Positions 18,467 through 27,659 of a stretch of DNA of 64,000 bases are shown piece after piece. The DNA comes from a virus: positions 64,001 to 128,000 of the IMG/VR virus record IMGVR_UViG_3300030329_006012; one strand, given 5' to 3'. The notes beneath the pieces were generated by a model. The model was not told the DNA's origin and did no database searches. It worked only from the letters and a program-made list of their open reading frames with translations. Each line of letters begins with the position of its first letter. The stretch's first letter is position 1. Position numbers and translations under genes: made by a program.

Positions 18467-19288
18467 ATGGCAGAAGAAAAAGATAATAATAACGTTGTTG
18501 CTCTGGAGCCATCAACCATAGAGACTGTTGACTTGGCTATGTTTGAGTGGTTGAACGAGAACATGGATTTACATACCACTTCTAATCGCGGCTACAACAA
18601 GGTTCCGGTAATCTGGGTGTCTGCAGAGAGAGCCTTTCAGTCAAAGCGAAGCAGGGACATGAGGGACAAGGAAGGCGCCCTGATCCTGCCGCTGATCTCG
18701 CTAGAAAGAAACGGATTCCAGAAGGATCCGGCCATCAAAGGGGTTGCCTGGGCAAATGTGCCCCCAAATCCAGATGTTAAGGGCGGCGCCTTTACAATTA
18801 CTAGAGAAATTAAACAAAACAAAACGGCCAATTTTGCTAATGCCGACGCTAAAAAGCAAACTGGTCAAATAAATTTTCCGAGGAAGAACAAAAAAATTGT
18901 TTACGAAACCATTTCAATTCCTTTTCCCGTCTCTATTAATGTTAATTACGCCATTAAGATTCGTACAGAATACCAGCAGCAGATGAACGACTTGTTGCAA
19001 CCCTTTATGACTCGCACTGGAAATATCGACTATTTTAAGATCAAAAAAGACGGCCATGTTTATGAGGCGTTTATAGATGGAGATTTCACCTCCGAGAGCA
19101 ATGTTGAGGATATGGGCGAGGACGAGAGAATGTATGAGGCCGAAGTGGGGGTCCGAGTTTTAGCATATCTCGTCGGAGAAGGCTCTAATCAGGAGAAACC
19201 CTTTGTGGTTCGTCGAGAAAACGCTGTTGAGATCAAAATTCCTCGTGAAAGAGCCATGCTTGGTGAAGACGATTTTGATCTTTTGTAG
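18467..19288 (+). CDS. tail terminator / tail completion protein (gp15-like)
   Basis: 273 aa between neck and sheath genes; VPVIWVSAER, LPLISLER, Y.IKIRTEYQQQMNDL motifs. Confidence 0.6.
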   Translation: MAEEKDNNNVVALEPSTIETVDLAMFEWLNENMDLHTTSNRGYNKVPVIWVSAERAFQSKRSRDMRDKEGALILPLISLERNGFQKDPAIKGVAWANVPPNPDVKGGAFTITREIKQNKTANFANADAKKQTGQINFPRKNKKIVYETISIPFPVSINVNYAIKIRTEYQQQMNDLLQPFMTRTGNIDYFKIKKDGHVYEAFIDGDFTSESNVEDMGEDERMYEAEVGVRVLAYLVGEGSNQEKPFVVRRENAVEIKIPRERAMLGEDDFDLL

Positions 19289-19415
19289 AAAAAACCCACC
19301 TAATACTCATAAAAAACACTTTTTCGGCTTTTGAAACTATTAAACACTAATTAATATGGTATATAATAGTGTCATGGTTGTATCTGCAATCAGACCCAAA
19401 GAGGAGAACTCAAAG

Positions 19416-22229
19416 ATGTCAGCAAAAAAGTTTAGATTCGTATCCCCTGGAATTTTCTTGAATGAGATTGATAAATCTCTTTTACCAAAAGAGGGAGCCC
19501 CAGTTGGGCCCGTCGTTATTGGACGTACTGAGCGAGGTCCTGGCCTCCGACCCGTCACCGTTAACTCATTTTTGGAATTTACCCAGATTTTTGGAAACCC
19601 AATCCCCGGTGGCAACACCAGCGATGTTTGGAGAAATGGCAACCGGACGAGTCCGACTTATGCTTCCTATGCCGCACGTGCATGGTTGAAGAACGGCACC
19701 CCCCTGACTGTTGTTCGGGTTCTCGGAGCAGCCAGTCCAGATGCCGACCCGACCACTGGAGTAGCCGGCTGGAAAACAGAGAATTCACCAAACGTATTAG
19801 CTTCCGACAACGGAGGCGCCTTCGGCCTTTTCGTTTCCCCGCAAGTCCCATCAGGCGCAGACCCCATCAACGGAACATTGGCAGCCATCTGGTATCTTGA
19901 TCAAGGATCAATCAGGCTCGCTGGCGAAGGACAGAGCGGTAGCACTGTCGGTGCCTCCGGCTCCGGCGCTGGCCAACTGGTCAAGTGCAACGGTTCAGAT
20001 TTCCAGTTTAAGGCGATTATCACAAATGCTGAAGATAATTCAGTCTTAACCTCATCTTTTAATTTCGATGCATCTTCCGACAAGTATATCAGAAAAGTGT
20101 TTAGCACGAACCCAACTCTTTTGGGCTCAGATAATGGCTCTCCGATTGAATATTTTCTTGGAGAGAGCTTCGACTCTAGTTTGAAAAAGACCCTTCCTGC
20201 CAGCGCCGCTGGAGCAGAAGGATCAATGGCGTTTATTGTCGCCCTTAAAGGTGCAGACGACCGCCAAAAGGATTCCCAACCCGCAGAGAGCGGGATGGTG
20301 ATTTCCCAAACGACAGGAGATCCAGGCGAGGCTCTTGAGCCAAAAGACCTTTTTAAATTTGTCGCCTTAGACAGCGGAGAGTGGATTAACTCTAACGTGA
20401 AGGTTTCGATTCGAGACATCGCCCCCTCGACAAACCCCGACTTCTCCCCCTTCGGGACTTTTACTGTCGAGGTGAGAGACGCAAGAGACACTGATGCAAA
20501 GAAGGTTGTACTGGAGACATTTTCCGGATGTAATCTTGATCCTGATTCCACGAACTATATCGGCGCCAAGATTGGCAACAAATATGCTACTTGGAATTCC
20601 ACTGATCGCCGCTTCACTGAGTTTGGAGATTACGACAACAAATCCGCCTATATTTATGTTGATACATCCATTCTAGACAACAAGCATCCGGGCGAAACAC
20701 TTTTGCCTTTCGGATTTAAAGGTCCGTCGACCTACGCTGACTTAACGGGCGTCATCAACACAAGTCTTGGGGATTTCGGCGAAGTAGATATTCCACACGC
20801 ACCGAGCAACACTTTTGTGTCCGGCGGTGGTGGAGCAAACAATCCACTTACCATGTCAGGCCCTCAGATGTCGCTTCGATTAAGCAGTTCAACGGGCGGC
20901 TTTTCCGATCCTACGGACGCTTATTGGGGTGTCACCACCGATGCCCCAGGTACTACAGTGTTTGACGGCTCCTACGCAGACATGGCAGGAATGCTGCCGA
21001 GCGTTAATGATGACTACATAAAAGCGGATACTTTTACGTTTTCGCTGGACAATGTTACATATGTTTCTAGTTCAACTACTGGTATTGTAGAGTGGCAGGC
21101 TCGGTATGGTTCCGATCTCTATGAAAATGACCTCTCTATTAATGCAGGGGGCGACACACCAGACGGACCACTCAGTGCCAGTTACGAGAATGTTCTTAAC
21201 GCCGGCCTGAATCGCTTTACGATGCCAATGGTTGGCGGATTCGATGGTCTCGACATCAAACACCGCGACCCACTTTCCAATGCTATCCTCAGCGAGAAGG
21301 ACGAATTAACGAGCTATGCCTTTAACTCGATTAAGAGATCTATTGACAGCGTTTCAGACCCAGAGGTGGTAGAGATGAATGTTGCCACCGTTCCTGGTGT
21401 CACCAACGAGTCACTAACCAACCATCTTGTGCAGGTTTGTGAAACCAGAGCAGATTGCTTAGCCATCATTGACCTACCAGGAGGCTACGAGACAGAATAT
21501 GAGTCATCCGCAGAAGCCTCAGAAAGAGTAGGCAGTGTTGATGCTACTGTCACAGCCCTCAAAAACAGAGCCATGAATAGCAGTTATGCATGCTCTTACT
21601 ATCCTTGGGTACAGTCAAAGGATGAATTCGGCTCAGGAAAGGTACTGTGGCTTCCACCGTCAGTGGCAGCTTTGGGTACTTTCGCCAGCAATGACCGAAA
21701 GTCAGCCCCTTGGTTTGCTCCCGCAGGATTCACTCGCGGCGGACTTTCCGACGGTGCAGCAGGTATTCCGGTAATTGGAGTACGTGAACACTTAACTCGC
21801 AAAATGCGAGATAAACTGTATGACAACAATGTTAACCCAATTGCTAAATTTCCAGCAGAAGGGATTGTTATTTTTGGACAAAAGACGATGCAGGCAGTTC
21901 CATCTGCCCTTGATCGCGTGAATGTTCGACGTATGCTCTTGCACGTCAAGAAGGGAATCTCAAACATTTCCTCTACCCTATTATTTGACCAGAACGTTAA
22001 AACAACCTGGGCAAGATTCTTGGGCGAAGCAGAGCCTTTCTTGAGAGATGTTCAGGCCCAACTGGGTTTGACTGAATACAAGATTGTTTTGGATGAAACC
22101 ACTACCACTCCAGACTTAATAGATCGCAACATTATGTATGCAAAAATCTTCTTGAAGCCTGCACGATCAATCGAGTTTATCGCAATTGATTTTGTAATTC
22201 AAAGAACTGGAGCATCTTTTGAAGATTAA
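19416..22229 (+). CDS. gp18: contractile tail sheath protein (gp18-like)
   Basis: FVSPGIFLNEIDKS, WFAPAGFTRG, LYDNNVNPIAKFP, IFGQKT, LDRVNVRRML, IFLKPARSIEFIAIDF; start moved to ATG 19416 behind AGGAG. Confidence 0.97.
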   Translation: MSAKKFRFVSPGIFLNEIDKSLLPKEGAPVGPVVIGRTERGPGLRPVTVNSFLEFTQIFGNPIPGGNTSDVWRNGNRTSPTYASYAARAWLKNGTPLTVVRVLGAASPDADPTTGVAGWKTENSPNVLASDNGGAFGLFVSPQVPSGADPINGTLAAIWYLDQGSIRLAGEGQSGSTVGASGSGAGQLVKCNGSDFQFKAIITNAEDNSVLTSSFNFDASSDKYIRKVFSTNPTLLGSDNGSPIEYFLGESFDSSLKKTLPASAAGAEGSMAFIVALKGADDRQKDSQPAESGMVISQTTGDPGEALEPKDLFKFVALDSGEWINSNVKVSIRDIAPSTNPDFSPFGTFTVEVRDARDTDAKKVVLETFSGCNLDPDSTNYIGAKIGNKYATWNSTDRRFTEFGDYDNKSAYIYVDTSILDNKHPGETLLPFGFKGPSTYADLTGVINTSLGDFGEVDIPHAPSNTFVSGGGGANNPLTMSGPQMSLRLSSSTGGFSDPTDAYWGVTTDAPGTTVFDGSYADMAGMLPSVNDDYIKADTFTFSLDNVTYVSSSTTGIVEWQARYGSDLYENDLSINAGGDTPDGPLSASYENVLNAGLNRFTMPMVGGFDGLDIKHRDPLSNAILSEKDELTSYAFNSIKRSIDSVSDPEVVEMNVATVPGVTNESLTNHLVQVCETRADCLAIIDLPGGYETEYESSAEASERVGSVDATVTALKNRAMNSSYACSYYPWVQSKDEFGSGKVLWLPPSVAALGTFASNDRKSAPWFAPAGFTRGGLSDGAAGIPVIGVREHLTRKMRDKLYDNNVNPIAKFPAEGIVIFGQKTMQAVPSALDRVNVRRMLLHVKKGISNISSTLLFDQNVKTTWARFLGEAEPFLRDVQAQLGLTEYKIVLDETTTTPDLIDRNIMYAKIFLKPARSIEFIAIDFVIQRTGASFED

Positions 22230-22284
22230 AGGTTAAATGGTACTATTTATTTGTGAAGAATAATTCATAAGGAGAACTTAAAAA

Positions 22285-22854
22285 ATGGCAAACTTTTGGA
22301 CAAGCCCCAACCGAGACCCGAAAAGGGCATATAGATTTTTAGTCAACTTGGCAGCATTTGACGGAGGCGCACAGTGGTACGCTAAGTCAGCAACGAAGCC
22401 AAAGTTCACCGTTACGAATCAAGAGCACAAATACATCAATCATACGTTTAATTATCCTGGCCGAGTAACGTGGGAGCCGATCACCATTACAATTGTTGAT
22501 CCTGTCGATCCCAACGCCGCTCGCCAAGCCGCAGAAATCCTCCAAGCATCCGGCTATTATATTCCGGGTAATGAAAACGCACCTATTACAACCATTAATA
22601 AGAAAGACGCCACCGAAGCCATGAAGCGTGTAGAAATCATGCAGATTGGAGAAAATGGCGACGATATTTTGGAAAAATGGGTGTTAAACAATGCTTGGAT
22701 TGAGACAATCAATTTCAGCGACTTGGACTATGAGTCTGATGAACTGACCACTATTGAGCTCACTATCCGCTATGACTGGGCAGAGTTAGAAGTTACCGAC
22801 GCAGACGGCACCACGACTCCTTATTTTACGACCAACAATAATCCCGGCGCATAA
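22285..22854 (+). CDS. gp19: tail tube protein (gp19-like)
   Basis: Follows sheath; YPGRVTWEPITIT, EKWVLNNAWI, LDYESDELTTIELTIRYDWA. Confidence 0.9.
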   Translation: MANFWTSPNRDPKRAYRFLVNLAAFDGGAQWYAKSATKPKFTVTNQEHKYINHTFNYPGRVTWEPITITIVDPVDPNAARQAAEILQASGYYIPGNENAPITTINKKDATEAMKRVEIMQIGENGDDILEKWVLNNAWIETINFSDLDYESDELTTIELTIRYDWAELEVTDADGTTTPYFTTNNNPGA

Positions 22855-22870
22855 GAGAAAGGGGTGACTA

Positions 22871-23770
22871 ATGTCATCAACTAGAAATAACCAAGCGAGG
22901 CTCGACACTACTTCAGTGGACGAGGCTCCGCAACCCGCTAAAGAAACGAAAAAAGAACAGGCAGCATCGTTGAGCTTTGCTGTACCTACTGAATTTGTTG
23001 ACTTACCATCTCGCGGCCTGTACTATCCGGAAGGCCACCCACTTCACGGTGTGGAGAGTATTGAGATCAAACATATGACTGCCAAAGAAGAAGATATCCT
23101 GTCTTCTGAGACGCTGATCAAAAAAGGCGTCGCAATAGACAGGATGTTACAAAGTGTAATGATTGATAAGGCCATTAAAATTTCCGACATGTTGATCGGT
23201 GATAAGAACGCCCTCACAGTCGCCGCTCGCGTTACTGGCTATGGTGCCGAGTATGAAACTCGCCTTGCATGCCCATCTTGCGATTCTGAGCAGGAGTTCG
23301 AATTTGACTTGGGCGATCTTGAATTTGTTGGGGCATCTTTTGACGATAGAAGTGAATTAAACAATCTTCTCGACGGGGTGGAAATCACCGACGACAACAC
23401 ATTCATTATCACGCTACCAAAAAGTAATCACAGTGTGGAATTAAAAATGCTCACAGGAGCAGACGAAGATAAACTTAATAAATTCCAAAATAAAAAGATT
23501 AAATCCCAGAAGGACAAGCTTCTTCCGACTACCTTGTTGACAGATACCTTAAAAATGGTCATCATCAGTGTCTCCGGGGTTAAGAGCCGAGATCAGATCA
23601 ACCAGTTTGTTGATAATATGCCGGCGATGGACTCTCGGTATCTGAGAGGGGTATACCAGAAGTTGGCGCCAAACATTGACATGACCCAGACGTTTGTCTG
23701 TGGAGATTGTGGACACGAGCAGGACCTGGAGGTTCCTGTTACTACGGACTTTTTTTGGCCTAGACAGTGA
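22871..23770 (+). CDS. tail/baseplate assembly chaperone (T4 gp26-like)
   Basis: LPSRGLYY, IKHMTAKEEDIL, CPSC and CGDC pairs, FFWP end. Confidence 0.75.
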   Translation: MSSTRNNQARLDTTSVDEAPQPAKETKKEQAASLSFAVPTEFVDLPSRGLYYPEGHPLHGVESIEIKHMTAKEEDILSSETLIKKGVAIDRMLQSVMIDKAIKISDMLIGDKNALTVAARVTGYGAEYETRLACPSCDSEQEFEFDLGDLEFVGASFDDRSELNNLLDGVEITDDNTFIITLPKSNHSVELKMLTGADEDKLNKFQNKKIKSQKDKLLPTTLLTDTLKMVIISVSGVKSRDQINQFVDNMPAMDSRYLRGVYQKLAPNIDMTQTFVCGDCGHEQDLEVPVTTDFFWPRQ

Positions 23771-23945
23771 GTATATTGAATCTGTTTATGAGGAAATTTT
23801 CGCTCTAAAGTATCACGGTAATTGGGCATTTGCTGAAGCTTACACACTTCCTGTCCAGATCCGCCGATGGTTCCTCAGAAGACTTCAGAAGCAAAAAGTT
23901 ATGGAAAACGAGGCCGCTGAGAATGCGTCCAGGGGAAGAAGATAG
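23757..23945 (+). CDS. gp51-like/tail-assembly chaperone extension, probably reached by frameshift from 22871..23770
   Basis: YEEIFALKYHGNW.F.EAYTLPVQIRRWFLRRL motif; no ATG/GTG/TTG in the conserved part; T7 run at 23750-23756. Confidence 0.6.
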   Translation, partial: GLDSEYIESVYEEIFALKYHGNWAFAEAYTLPVQIRRWFLRRLQKQKVMENEAAENASRGRR

Positions 23946-24023
23946 AGAGAGATTTTATAAGTCCTCTCTATTTTGCTTTATATACTAATTATTAAGTGTT
24001 ATAATACCATTGGAGGTTTTACA

Positions 24024-24350
24024 ATGGACAAGGAACTACAAGAATATACAATCGATTTGGGCGCCGCAAAGCGAGGAGAGGTAAATGAGAGTTATCTAAC
24101 CATGTTTGGGTGGGCCATTAAATCTATTATGGGCGCTATGTTTGGGGGCTCCAAAATCCCCGTCACTGTCAAAGGATCTCAGAGCCAAGTGCGCGATTTC
24201 GCCAAAGTCTTGGGGAAAGAGAAAAAATATCTCAATAACTATAAGAAGTTTGGGCTGGACAACCCACAGACGTACAAGAGCAGATATGCGCTAGACTCGG
24301 CTGTCAAGAAGTTCGAGAGAACCACTGGCTTAAAGTGGCCCTTCAAATAA
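24024..24350 (+). CDS. hypothetical late protein
   Basis: ATG 24024 behind GGAGG and ACTAATTA motif; ends TGLKWPFK. Confidence 0.75.
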   Translation: MDKELQEYTIDLGAAKRGEVNESYLTMFGWAIKSIMGAMFGGSKIPVTVKGSQSQVRDFAKVLGKEKKYLNNYKKFGLDNPQTYKSRYALDSAVKKFERTTGLKWPFK

Positions 24351-24364
24351 TCGGAGGATAGCGA

Positions 24365-26554
24365 GTGGCAGACCGCCTAATAAATGCACAAATAACCAAC
24401 TTAGCAAAGGCCATCAATGCCCTCAAGGAACAGCTGCATGTCGATTCAGACACGAACAAGTCGAACTTGACGGAGTTGACGGAGATCGTCTCAGATCTCA
24501 ATGCGGAATACAAAGAGCTTGTCGACACTCAGGCTGATGCAAAAGATATACAGGCCGCTGAAACAAAGGTGAAAGAGGCATATCTTGAGCAAGAGAGGGA
24601 ACACCTCAGAGTACTTGAACGCACCAAAGATGCAAAAAAAGAGGATATAGAGGCCAGCAGGGAAATTATTGCAGGCTTAAAGAAAGATCTCAGAGCCAGA
24701 AAGAAGGCCACCAAAGCTCAAGAGGACTACGCCGATGCGGTAGCGAGTACAACAGATAACTTAGGCGAAATGCTCGGTATTACGAACCGCACGAATACGG
24801 GCCTAATCAAGAACATCAAGGCCATCACCAAAAGTGCTGAAGCAACAAAGTCTTTTGGAGAAAGCTTGCAAAAGACCTTTTCAGGTGCGAATATAGCCAT
24901 CGGAACGGGCCTGAAGTCCATTCAAGCCCTCGCCGTGGGTTTTGGAGCAGCCTTTTCAGAAACTGACGAGGGCCTAGCCTCTCTCAGTAAATTAACGGGG
25001 ATGAGCGCAAAACTTGGCTCAGCAATCACCACCGCCGCCGCCGGCGTTCGTGAGTATGGCGTCACAGTGACAGATATTGCCCATGCCCAGAATGAGCTCA
25101 TGAGGAGCATCCCTCTCAGTGAGCTTAAAGATCAGGGGGTGGAGGTCTCCAAGCAGTTTGCCACGTGGCAGAAGTTTGGTGTAGGCGTTGGCGCCTCAAC
25201 ACAGGCTTTTACAGCATTGGTGAGATCTTTTAAAAGATCAGATGAAGACGCGCTCAGCCTCCAGAAGAGGATAATGAACCTTGGCGATGAACTGGGCATC
25301 GGTGCCCCAAAGATGATGGAATCTTTTGCCCAAGCAGCACCCAGATTGTCGATTTACGGAAACCAGGTGGAAAAGGTATTTGCAAATATGGCGACTGCCT
25401 CGGCCAAGCTCGGTCTGGAGGTCGAGGACGTGATGTCTCTCGCGGAAGGCTTTCAAACTTTTGAAGGCTCAGCTAAAGCTGCAGGCCAACTAAATTCTAT
25501 TTTAGGAAGCGGCCTCATTGACAATATAGAGTTGATGAACGCTTCATTCGAAGACCCAGCTAAAGCCGCTCTTATGATTAAGAACGCATTTAAAGATGCA
25601 GGACAGACAGTTCAAACTCTCGGACCAGCCGGAGTCAAAGCCGCAGCCGCTGCTGCTGGTTTTAGTGATGTTGGTAAATTTACAGCATTTTTGAACGGAA
25701 CATTATCTGCCGCTGAGCTCACTGGCAAAGAGCAGCTCGATAACGAAAAGGAAACCCTGAAGGCAGCCCAAGAAAGCATGAGTTTTCTGGATGACTTGAA
25801 GGCAGCCTCTGTTAAGTATTTCCATGAGATGACAGAAAAATGGCTGCCGAAGGTCATAAATGGTTTTAAATCACTTAGCACAGGGTTCAAGGCCGCCGTT
25901 ATGCTTGTTGGGCCGATATTGGGCACCGCCATCGTGGGCGGCATCATGAACGCCATCGGCGGCCGCTTCGCCACAAACGTCGGCCGCACGATTGCATCGC
26001 AAATGAGGATGGGCCAATCTATTTCGGGACAGGCCAACCCATTGGCACCCCGCCGTCAATTTAATTCTAATAATGCTGGCCAATTTAGCAATTTAACTCT
26101 TCAAAACAATAGCAGCCGGGCACCTAGAATGTCTAATATGAAAGTCGCCGGCATGGGACTCGGTGGTGCCCTTGTTGGAGGTGCCATCGGCGCAGCAACA
26201 TCGGGTTCTGCTGCAGCAGCCGGCAGTGCCTTTGGCGGAGCTATTGGATCATTAGGATATCTCGCTGGTCCCTGGGCGATGGTTCTGGGCCCACTCGGTC
26301 AAGCGGCCGGAGCCGCCATCGGCGGAATCGCTGGAAAATGGATCGGAGAAACATTCAAGGACGAGAAAAAGAAAGTAGATTCGTCAATGCCAACTAAAAA
26401 GACGCCCACCGACGTGAGGCTCGATACACTTACTGATAACATCGCAGCCCTTGCCAAAAAGTCGCAAGACATGAAGGTCAAACTTGAGGTTGATGAATAC
26501 GCATACAAGAAGGGCTTTAAGCTCTCCACTGCAGAGGTGGTGAGCGGTGGATAG
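24365..26554 (+). CDS. tail tape measure protein
   Basis: 729 aa, GTG start behind GGAGG, Ala/Gly-rich helical sequence, Gly-rich hydrophobic C-terminal stretch, downstream of tube and chaperone genes. Confidence 0.8.
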   Translation: MADRLINAQITNLAKAINALKEQLHVDSDTNKSNLTELTEIVSDLNAEYKELVDTQADAKDIQAAETKVKEAYLEQEREHLRVLERTKDAKKEDIEASREIIAGLKKDLRARKKATKAQEDYADAVASTTDNLGEMLGITNRTNTGLIKNIKAITKSAEATKSFGESLQKTFSGANIAIGTGLKSIQALAVGFGAAFSETDEGLASLSKLTGMSAKLGSAITTAAAGVREYGVTVTDIAHAQNELMRSIPLSELKDQGVEVSKQFATWQKFGVGVGASTQAFTALVRSFKRSDEDALSLQKRIMNLGDELGIGAPKMMESFAQAAPRLSIYGNQVEKVFANMATASAKLGLEVEDVMSLAEGFQTFEGSAKAAGQLNSILGSGLIDNIELMNASFEDPAKAALMIKNAFKDAGQTVQTLGPAGVKAAAAAAGFSDVGKFTAFLNGTLSAAELTGKEQLDNEKETLKAAQESMSFLDDLKAASVKYFHEMTEKWLPKVINGFKSLSTGFKAAVMLVGPILGTAIVGGIMNAIGGRFATNVGRTIASQMRMGQSISGQANPLAPRRQFNSNNAGQFSNLTLQNNSSRAPRMSNMKVAGMGLGGALVGGAIGAATSGSAAAAGSAFGGAIGSLGYLAGPWAMVLGPLGQAAGAAIGGIAGKWIGETFKDEKKKVDSSMPTKKTPTDVRLDTLTDNIAALAKKSQDMKVKLEVDEYAYKKGFKLSTAEVVSGG

Positions 26555-26565
26555 GAGATTGAAAA

Positions 26566-27315
26566 ATGGTAAAACCTAAAACTATTCCAGACATATCATC
26601 AGCAGAGGCCGCACTCTATAACAAGTTTCATATACAGCTGCAACACCTGCCCAGCGAAAAAAGCGTTTACTTTAAGGCGATGGTTACTCAGTTCGAAGAT
26701 CAATATACTTCTGATTGGGCGCTGGAGCATGTTTTTGGGAGAATGGATCCTGTTCGCACCTTCAGGGGAACACAGAGGATAATAACTCTTGGTTGGGACG
26801 TTGTAGCCGGCAGTCTAGAAGAGGCTCGTCATAATCTGGCAGAATGTTCCACTCTACTCTCTATGCTTTATCCATCTTATGAAGGCGGCGCTCCAAATGT
26901 AGCCGACGCCACAGCGCCGGAACCCGGTACCCCGACCCAAGAGGCCAATGAAGCCGCCACCACTGAGCCACAGCAGGGCCCAACCACCACCGGTGGTAAC
27001 GCAGCAACTATCAAATCAGCACCACTTTTCAGGATAAAGTTTGCCAATCTCATTCAAGACACAAAAAATCCCACCCCGACGCTCGCCATTAACGATGGCT
27101 TGATTGGTAGCATCGATGGGCTAACTTATGCACCAGATGTGGAGCAAGGGTTTTTCGACCCAAAGGACGAAAAGGGAGTCCTATACCCCCAGACTATAAA
27201 ACTTTCTTTTGGGTTCTATGTTGCACACGATCACCCACTTGGTTGGAGTAGCGAAAACAAAGGCGCCCTCCGATCAGGTACGGTATTCCCGTATCCAAAA
27301 AAGGGAGGCAGCTAG
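26566..27315 (+). CDS. baseplate / tail-tube initiator protein (gp48/gp54-like)
   Basis: FEDQYTSDW...VFGRMDPV.TF.GT.R.I.LGWDV pattern; position after tape measure. Confidence 0.6.
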   Translation: MVKPKTIPDISSAEAALYNKFHIQLQHLPSEKSVYFKAMVTQFEDQYTSDWALEHVFGRMDPVRTFRGTQRIITLGWDVVAGSLEEARHNLAECSTLLSMLYPSYEGGAPNVADATAPEPGTPTQEANEAATTEPQQGPTTTGGNAATIKSAPLFRIKFANLIQDTKNPTPTLAINDGLIGSIDGLTYAPDVEQGFFDPKDEKGVLYPQTIKLSFGFYVAHDHPLGWSSENKGALRSGTVFPYPKKGGS

Positions 27316-27318
27316 TAA

Positions 27319-27657
27319 ATGTCGAGATATAAAAACACAACCATCAAAGTGAACAATTGGGAACTATATAAGAAACTGCGGAAGGAAAGAGGGATCCCAG
27401 GCGGAATCACTCAATACAACTTAACAAAACTTCCCAAACTCACCGTAGAGGACGTCTCCACCGTCAATTCTGTTGGCCACGTATGGTCAACTGGAGACAG
27501 ACTATATAAACTTGCATCTCAGCACTATGGGGATCCTAAGCTCTGGTGGATTATCGCCTGGTACAACAACAAGCCCACAGAGGGGCATCTGGCCATCGGA
27601 GAGATCATTCAAATACCGCTCCCTCTTGAGCATATTTATAGCTTCTTGAGGATGTAA
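27319..27657 (+). CDS. LysM-like baseplate protein (gp53/tail X-like)
   Basis: HVWSTGDRLYKLASQHYGDPKLWWIIAWYN....E....GE.I.IP. Confidence 0.8.
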   Translation: MSRYKNTTIKVNNWELYKKLRKERGIPGGITQYNLTKLPKLTVEDVSTVNSVGHVWSTGDRLYKLASQHYGDPKLWWIIAWYNNKPTEGHLAIGEIIQIPLPLEHIYSFLRM

Positions 27658-27659
27658 CG

